The translations under genes were made by a program, and so were the position numbers. DNA of 64,000 bases from positions 1 to 64,000 of the forward strand of contig JBCBJQ010000021.1 of assembly GCA_038523235.1 (NCBI GenBank). Direction: 5' to 3'. This document shows positions 59,392-64,000 of the stretch, in pieces (within the stretch, counting starts at the first letter, position 1; each line of letters starts with the position of its first letter). Origin of the DNA: Cyanobacteria bacterium J06626_4 (GTDB taxonomy: Bacteria; Cyanobacteriota; Cyanobacteriia; Phormidesmidales; Phormidesmidaceae). Below the pieces are notes generated by a model that saw only the letters and a program-made list of their open reading frames with translations, was not told the origin of the DNA and ran no database searches.

Positions 59392-59754
59392 ATGCCCATG
59401 AAACTAACGAGTACAGATAAAGACACCATTCGCCGAGTCATCATTGCTCAGATCGAAGCGTTTCAGTCCGATGATGGTATTCAAGCCTTTCTCTACGCGG
59501 CTCCCTCCATTCGCCAGCAATTCAAGAGCGTCGGCAATTTCATGCGAATGGTGCGGAGTTCTTACCCCGCTATCTACCGGCCTCGCGGCGTGATTTTTAG
59601 CGAGCTGACTGAGATGCAGGGGTTTCCGGCCCAGTCGGTATTTTTGATGTCTCAGGATAGCGACATCTTCAAGGCAGTCTATTTGATGGAGCAGCAGCCC
59701 TCTAAAGACTGGCGCATCGCCGGCTGTTTTTTGGTACCCCTGGAAGAACTGTAA
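59392..59754 (+). CDS. DUF4864-like protein
   Basis: IRRVIIAQIEAFQSDD..AFLYAAPSI..FMRMVRSSYP..WRIAGC. Confidence 0.8.
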   Translation: MPMKLTSTDKDTIRRVIIAQIEAFQSDDGIQAFLYAAPSIRQQFKSVGNFMRMVRSSYPAIYRPRGVIFSELTEMQGFPAQSVFLMSQDSDIFKAVYLMEQQPSKDWRIAGCFLVPLEEL

Positions 59755-60295
59755 GCAGCATCAGCAGACATCTCATCGCTTTGTCCGCTGGGGCTCACTG
59801 GCGGCACTCCCGCTTTCACGCCGATTTTAACGGCAGGCTGGCGATCGCTTAGGCCGCTTCATTCCCGATGGCGATCGCTCCGGCATGGCAGGCTCATACC
59901 CCCAACGGCAACACTGCCGACAAATCTTTCGCGTTATGGCCATCAGTTGGCCTGCCGTGCTGCGGAACCAGCCTCAAACTGATGGCGTTGCAGCGATCGC
60001 GGGAATGCCGTTCAATAGCCAGTTTCAGGGTTCCAAGATGACGCGCCCGCCGGCAATCGAAAACTGTGAAGAAAAGTTTAAAACCGTTAGCGCGATCGCT
60101 CCGTAATTTCACCAGAGCCAGCAATTAAAGGTTGGATATTCTCCAGCCTGTCAGGGTCTCTGAAGGGCTTATGCCTTTCAGAACATTGGCACTTGCGGTT
60201 TGTTTTTTCAAAATACTTTCCCTCTTTGAGCGTCTGCCTGAACTCTCGGGCGGCGACTCCTGCATGCGAATTTTTTGTAAATAGGTAAGGACATC

Positions 60296-61648
60296 ATGGC
60301 TGACATCAATACTGTGACTGACTTAGCGGTGGAAACGGGTACGACGAGCGTCTTCCTCGATTTGGCCCTGTTGGAAGCGGCAGCGGGCCTGGTTTTAGAC
60401 AGCGTGGACAGCGCCGCAACGCCCTTTTCTGACAACTTTCAGGTGGGCTTTGCCATCAATGACGAAACTGATTTCACTTACACCGCGATGCCCTTTGCGC
60501 CGACCGGCGGCAGCATCGAGCACGATGGCACGATTACCTTAGACACCGTCGATAACCCCAATGCGGATATTACCGTCGGGGAGTTTTCCATTGGTTTTGA
60601 CCCTAGCCGAGTCACGGATACGGCCAGCGGCTTCTTTGTCGCCGACACGATTGAAGGCAACGGCCTCGACATTTTGTTCGACATCAGCGTGCCAGGGTTG
60701 GTGAACGCCACTGCTGCGGACTTGACCATTGCTGAAACTGATTTGTTGTTGTCTCCCGAATTTGCCAGCGCTTTGGGGCTACCGGAACTCGCTGGAGCTG
60801 ATGTGGGCGATGCCCGAATTGATGCTTTTACCCAAGATTTGGCGGGACAGGCAACTGTGGCGATCGCGGCTGGCGAAACCGTTGCCCTCAGCGGCTTTGG
60901 CGGCATCGGTCAGGGTGCCCGACCCGATCAAGCCACGATCGCAGAACTGGATACGCTGCAGTTTAGCGATGCGGGTCTGACCGCTGAGAACTTACAGCTG
61001 ACTCAAGGGGGCGATGATTTGCAAATCACCTTTTTGGGCGATGCCACCGGCACCCAGGTCACGCTGCAAGACTTTGCGCTAGAAGATTTGGACAACCTAG
61101 AAGTTAGAACCGGGGGCAATATTTATCAGGGCAATATCTTATTTGCAGACGAGTCGACCTTCACCGACAGTTTCGACGTCATCAATGCGGACTCGACCCA
61201 ACGTCGCCTCTTTAACCGCAACACCATCACCTTCTTGAATGACTTGGATAATGACGTGCGAGGCTTTCGACGCTCCGATGATGTGATCAACGCCCAGGGC
61301 GGTAATGATACGGTACGGGGCCTCAGTGGTGATGATCTGCTACGGGGTGGCAGTGGCGATGACACGTTGAGCGGCGGGCGCGGCAGCGATCGCCTGCGGG
61401 GCGGAGCTGGGTTCGATGTGCTCATGGGTGGCCGTGGTGATGACACCTTCGTCTTGGCCGCTGGTGAAGGCGATGACACCATTATGGACTTTGAGGTGGG
61501 GACTGATTTCATTGGCCTCGCCGATAATTTGACTGTGAGTGACCTCACGTTCACTGGGGAGACGATTAGCCTTGGCGATGAAGTGCTCGCTACCTTAGTG
61601 GGTATCGACACCACGGCTTTAAGCGCTGACAGTTTTGTCACCGTGTAA
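60296..61648 (+). CDS. Acidic Ca-binding protein with C-terminal RTX (GGxGxD) repeats
   Basis: AQGGND, GLSGDD, GGSGDD, GGRGSD, GGAGFD, GGRGDD nonapeptides; DTIMDF tail; no Sec signal. Confidence 0.88.
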   Translation: MADINTVTDLAVETGTTSVFLDLALLEAAAGLVLDSVDSAATPFSDNFQVGFAINDETDFTYTAMPFAPTGGSIEHDGTITLDTVDNPNADITVGEFSIGFDPSRVTDTASGFFVADTIEGNGLDILFDISVPGLVNATAADLTIAETDLLLSPEFASALGLPELAGADVGDARIDAFTQDLAGQATVAIAAGETVALSGFGGIGQGARPDQATIAELDTLQFSDAGLTAENLQLTQGGDDLQITFLGDATGTQVTLQDFALEDLDNLEVRTGGNIYQGNILFADESTFTDSFDVINADSTQRRLFNRNTITFLNDLDNDVRGFRRSDDVINAQGGNDTVRGLSGDDLLRGGSGDDTLSGGRGSDRLRGGAGFDVLMGGRGDDTFVLAAGEGDDTIMDFEVGTDFIGLADNLTVSDLTFTGETISLGDEVLATLVGIDTTALSADSFVTV

Positions 61649-61668
61649 GCAACTGTTGGATTACGCAT

Positions 61669-61693
61669 GAGGGCAGTCTGAGCGGCTGCCCTC
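61669..61693. terminator. Hairpin between the convergent RTX and GNAT genes
   Basis: GAGGGCAG-N9-CTGCCCTC. Confidence 0.5.
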
Positions 61694-61777
61694 CCTCAGC
61701 GAAAAGCCCACCTCGTCCTACGGACACTGCTCTCTGGAAGGGGAAAACACAGTTCAGTGGCAAAACCTGAATTGACA

Positions 61778-62335
61778 TTAACGAGCAGCAATCCGTTTGG
61801 CCATAAAAATATCCGGCTTGCCCCAGCCATTGGCATCGGGAATCACCCCGACAACGGCAAACCCTACCTTTTGATAAAAGCTGAACGGATGCCCCTTCAA
61901 GTTTTGCACCTGAGCCAGATGCTCTAGCGGATTAGGGTACAGGTCAACATTCGCTAGAGAGGTTAATCCCATTTCATCATCGCTGCCTAAATACAGCGTG
62001 ATGCCGCCCTGTTGACGCACTTGCGCTTCGAGGTCGGCTACCAGGGCACGACCGATGCCCTGGCGCTGGTAAGCGGGTGACACCACCAGCGGATGCAGTT
62101 CCCAACTGTGGCCACTATACTGTTGAATCGCGCCAATCCAGCCTTGTGCCTGTCCGCTATCGTTGACCATGACGCGGCTGATCCGATCGGCAGTAAAAGA
62201 CTCATGCACTTCTTCTAAGGCCGCTGCCCGATCAGGCCAGGCGTTGGGGGCACAGCCGCGAAAGCCTTCGACTAATAGCGCTGCCGTCTGGGTAATGAGG
62301 TCGGTGGCGCTGGGCAATAAATCGATGATGGGCAT
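61778..62335 (-). CDS. GNAT acetyltransferase, aminoglycoside 6'-N-acetyltransferase AAC(6')-Ia/Ii-like
   Basis: GWIG..QY..WELHPLVV, QRQGIG, GGITLYLGSDDE, TSL..VDLY, HPFSFYQKVGF, PDANGWGKPDIFMAK. Confidence 0.85.
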   Translation of the reverse strand: MPIIDLLPSATDLITQTAALLVEGFRGCAPNAWPDRAAALEEVHESFTADRISRVMVNDSGQAQGWIGAIQQYSGHSWELHPLVVSPAYQRQGIGRALVADLEAQVRQQGGITLYLGSDDEMGLTSLANVDLYPNPLEHLAQVQNLKGHPFSFYQKVGFAVVGVIPDANGWGKPDIFMAKRIAAR

Positions 62336-62597
62336 GGGAAACGGATCAAAATTGTGTAGAGCGCATGGTTGCCCTGACCGCGATTGACAGCAGGCCTCAA
62401 CCTAAATTCAGCGTGTGTCGGCAAGCAGTCCAATACCGTGAATCCATTAAAAACAATTCTGGCAAAGGTGTCGAAAGGACGATCGCCCTTAACGGGAATA
62501 CAGATTTTCCATAGCAGAATGATCTTTCACCAACCCGACCGGATTCGGGAAGTATCACGGTGAGGATCACAAGAGAGTTGCTTCGCACACGGATCAC

Positions 62598-63851
62598 ATG
62601 AGCGCCAAATTACGCCGTCATAAACGCTGGTTGTGGGCCTTTTTGCTGGTGCTCTCAGCGGGATTCGTCACCGGTGTCTGGCAAGCGCCCGTAGTATATT
62701 CCCAAGCGATCGCCCCCGATGAAATTCGCGGTGTGTGGATGACCAATTACGGCACGACCTTGATGTATCACAGCACCCGCTTGGACGAGGTCGTGGCCAA
62801 TTTAGCCCAGCATCATCTCAATACCCTTTACCCCGCCGTGTGGAATCGGGGCTACACGCTGCACCCCAGTCAGGTAGCCAAACAGGCGGGCGGGCAGCGA
62901 CGTGATCGCCTCACGTCGCTGCCCCTATTACCCTGGCTCGATCCCCTCAAGGCGGTGATTCACCAAGCCCATCGCCAACATTTGCGACTCATCCCCTGGT
63001 TTGAATATGGCCTGATGATGCCGGTCAACTCAGCGATCGCCCAACAGCACCCCGACTGGCTCACCACCAACCAGGCCGGAGAAACGGTCAACGGTGGGTT
63101 GCCCACGACGCCGCGAGCCCCTGTCATCCGCTCGCTGTGGCACCTTCAGCAAGAGGCGACCGGAGCCAGCCAGGGCTGGTTAAATCCGTTTCATCCAGAG
63201 GTGCAGCAGCTGTTGATCGACCTGATTGCCGAAGTGGTGCAGCGCTATCCGGTCGAGGGCATTCAGCTGGATGATCACTTTGGGCTGCCGGTTGAGTTTG
63301 GCTACGATGCCTACACCCAAACCCTCTACCAGCAAGAACATGGCGGCCAAGCCCCACCCGCCGACCCGACCGATGCCGAATGGATGCGCTGGCGAGCCGC
63401 CAAAATCACTCACCTGATGGAACGCATTGTGGCGGCCGTCAAGGCGATTCAGCCGGAGGCGGTCATATCGCTCTCACCCAACGCCCCGGCCTTTGCCTAT
63501 AACCAGTATTTGCAAGACTGGCGTCACTGGGTCGATTTGGGCCTGCTTGATGAAGTGATCGTGCAGGTTTATCGTGACGACATTGCGGCGCTCCAAGCCG
63601 AACTGACGGCTGGCGGTTTCACCTCGGTGAATCAACAAATTCCCGTTGCGATTGGCCTGTACACCGGCCCCGCCCGCCGCCCCAAAGCCGCTGACCAGAT
63701 TCGGCAAGAATCGGCAGCCGTCAAAGCCACAGGCTATCGGGGAATGGTTTATTTTTGTTGGGAAACCACGTTGTGGATTTTCAAACACGGTTCTGCCCAG
63801 CAAATGGAAACGTTATTCACTCAGCAGTGGCCATTGCCCCCAGAATTCTAA
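62598..63851 (+). CDS. Glycoside hydrolase-like 10 (DUF187/YddW-type) exported protein
   Basis: Signal peptide; EIRGVW, LIPWFEYG, WLNPFHPEV, GIQLDDHF, QDW..W..G. Confidence 0.88.
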   Translation: MSAKLRRHKRWLWAFLLVLSAGFVTGVWQAPVVYSQAIAPDEIRGVWMTNYGTTLMYHSTRLDEVVANLAQHHLNTLYPAVWNRGYTLHPSQVAKQAGGQRRDRLTSLPLLPWLDPLKAVIHQAHRQHLRLIPWFEYGLMMPVNSAIAQQHPDWLTTNQAGETVNGGLPTTPRAPVIRSLWHLQQEATGASQGWLNPFHPEVQQLLIDLIAEVVQRYPVEGIQLDDHFGLPVEFGYDAYTQTLYQQEHGGQAPPADPTDAEWMRWRAAKITHLMERIVAAVKAIQPEAVISLSPNAPAFAYNQYLQDWRHWVDLGLLDEVIVQVYRDDIAALQAELTAGGFTSVNQQIPVAIGLYTGPARRPKAADQIRQESAAVKATGYRGMVYFCWETTLWIFKHGSAQQMETLFTQQWPLPPEF

Positions 63852-64000
63852 GGTGTCAGGCGATGCCCGGGACGTTGAACGATCTGAGTATTGCTGCCGA
63901 AATTTAGGGTTCATTTCAGACATTCCCGATTAGACTTGCATCAGCTGTCGCTCCCGACCCGAGCGACGCTGCCCTCACCCTGCTACCGCGATGTTTCTCT

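Noticed and set aside
1..64000. Abundant GCGATCGC octamers as a novel repeat
   Set aside because: This is the well-known cyanobacterial HIP1; I used it only as a marker of native versus recently acquired DNA

Overview
Chromosomal window of a beta-cyanobacterium: it has form IB RuBisCO, beta-carboxysome genes and very frequent HIP1 GCGATCGC octamers. The core content is the CO2-concentrating locus (ndhF4-ndhD4-cupB divergent from ccmK2-K1-L-M-N-O), miaA, gyrB, a potADBC polyamine ABC transporter, aat, psbU, nadB, alr, plastoquinone/tocopherol-related enzymes, sasA and rbcL-rbcX-rbcS. Two reduced-nitrogen scavenging loci sit among these. The first is a fragmented cluster of formamidase, a stand-alone allophanate-hydrolase C-terminal domain and two BMP-type ABC permeases. 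The second is a cyanate operon (cynABD-cynS-DUF1348) preceded by a soluble PAS histidine kinase and a divergent REC-AraC response regulator. That kinase/regulator pair is my best candidate for an undescribed system: an inducer-sensing two-component regulator of cyanate use in a phylum that lacks sigma54. This is inferred from gene context and not demonstrated. Signals the ORF track misses include a class II aldolase pseudogene fragment, a perfect 31-bp tandem duplication, an attC-like hairpin closing an AT-rich island, a dispersed ~95-bp double-hairpin REP/BIME-like element, an RbcR-type box upstream of ccmK2 and NtcA-like sites. I saw no rRNA, tRNA, CRISPR array or intact transposase. All protein calls come from motif recognition by eye, without database searches.
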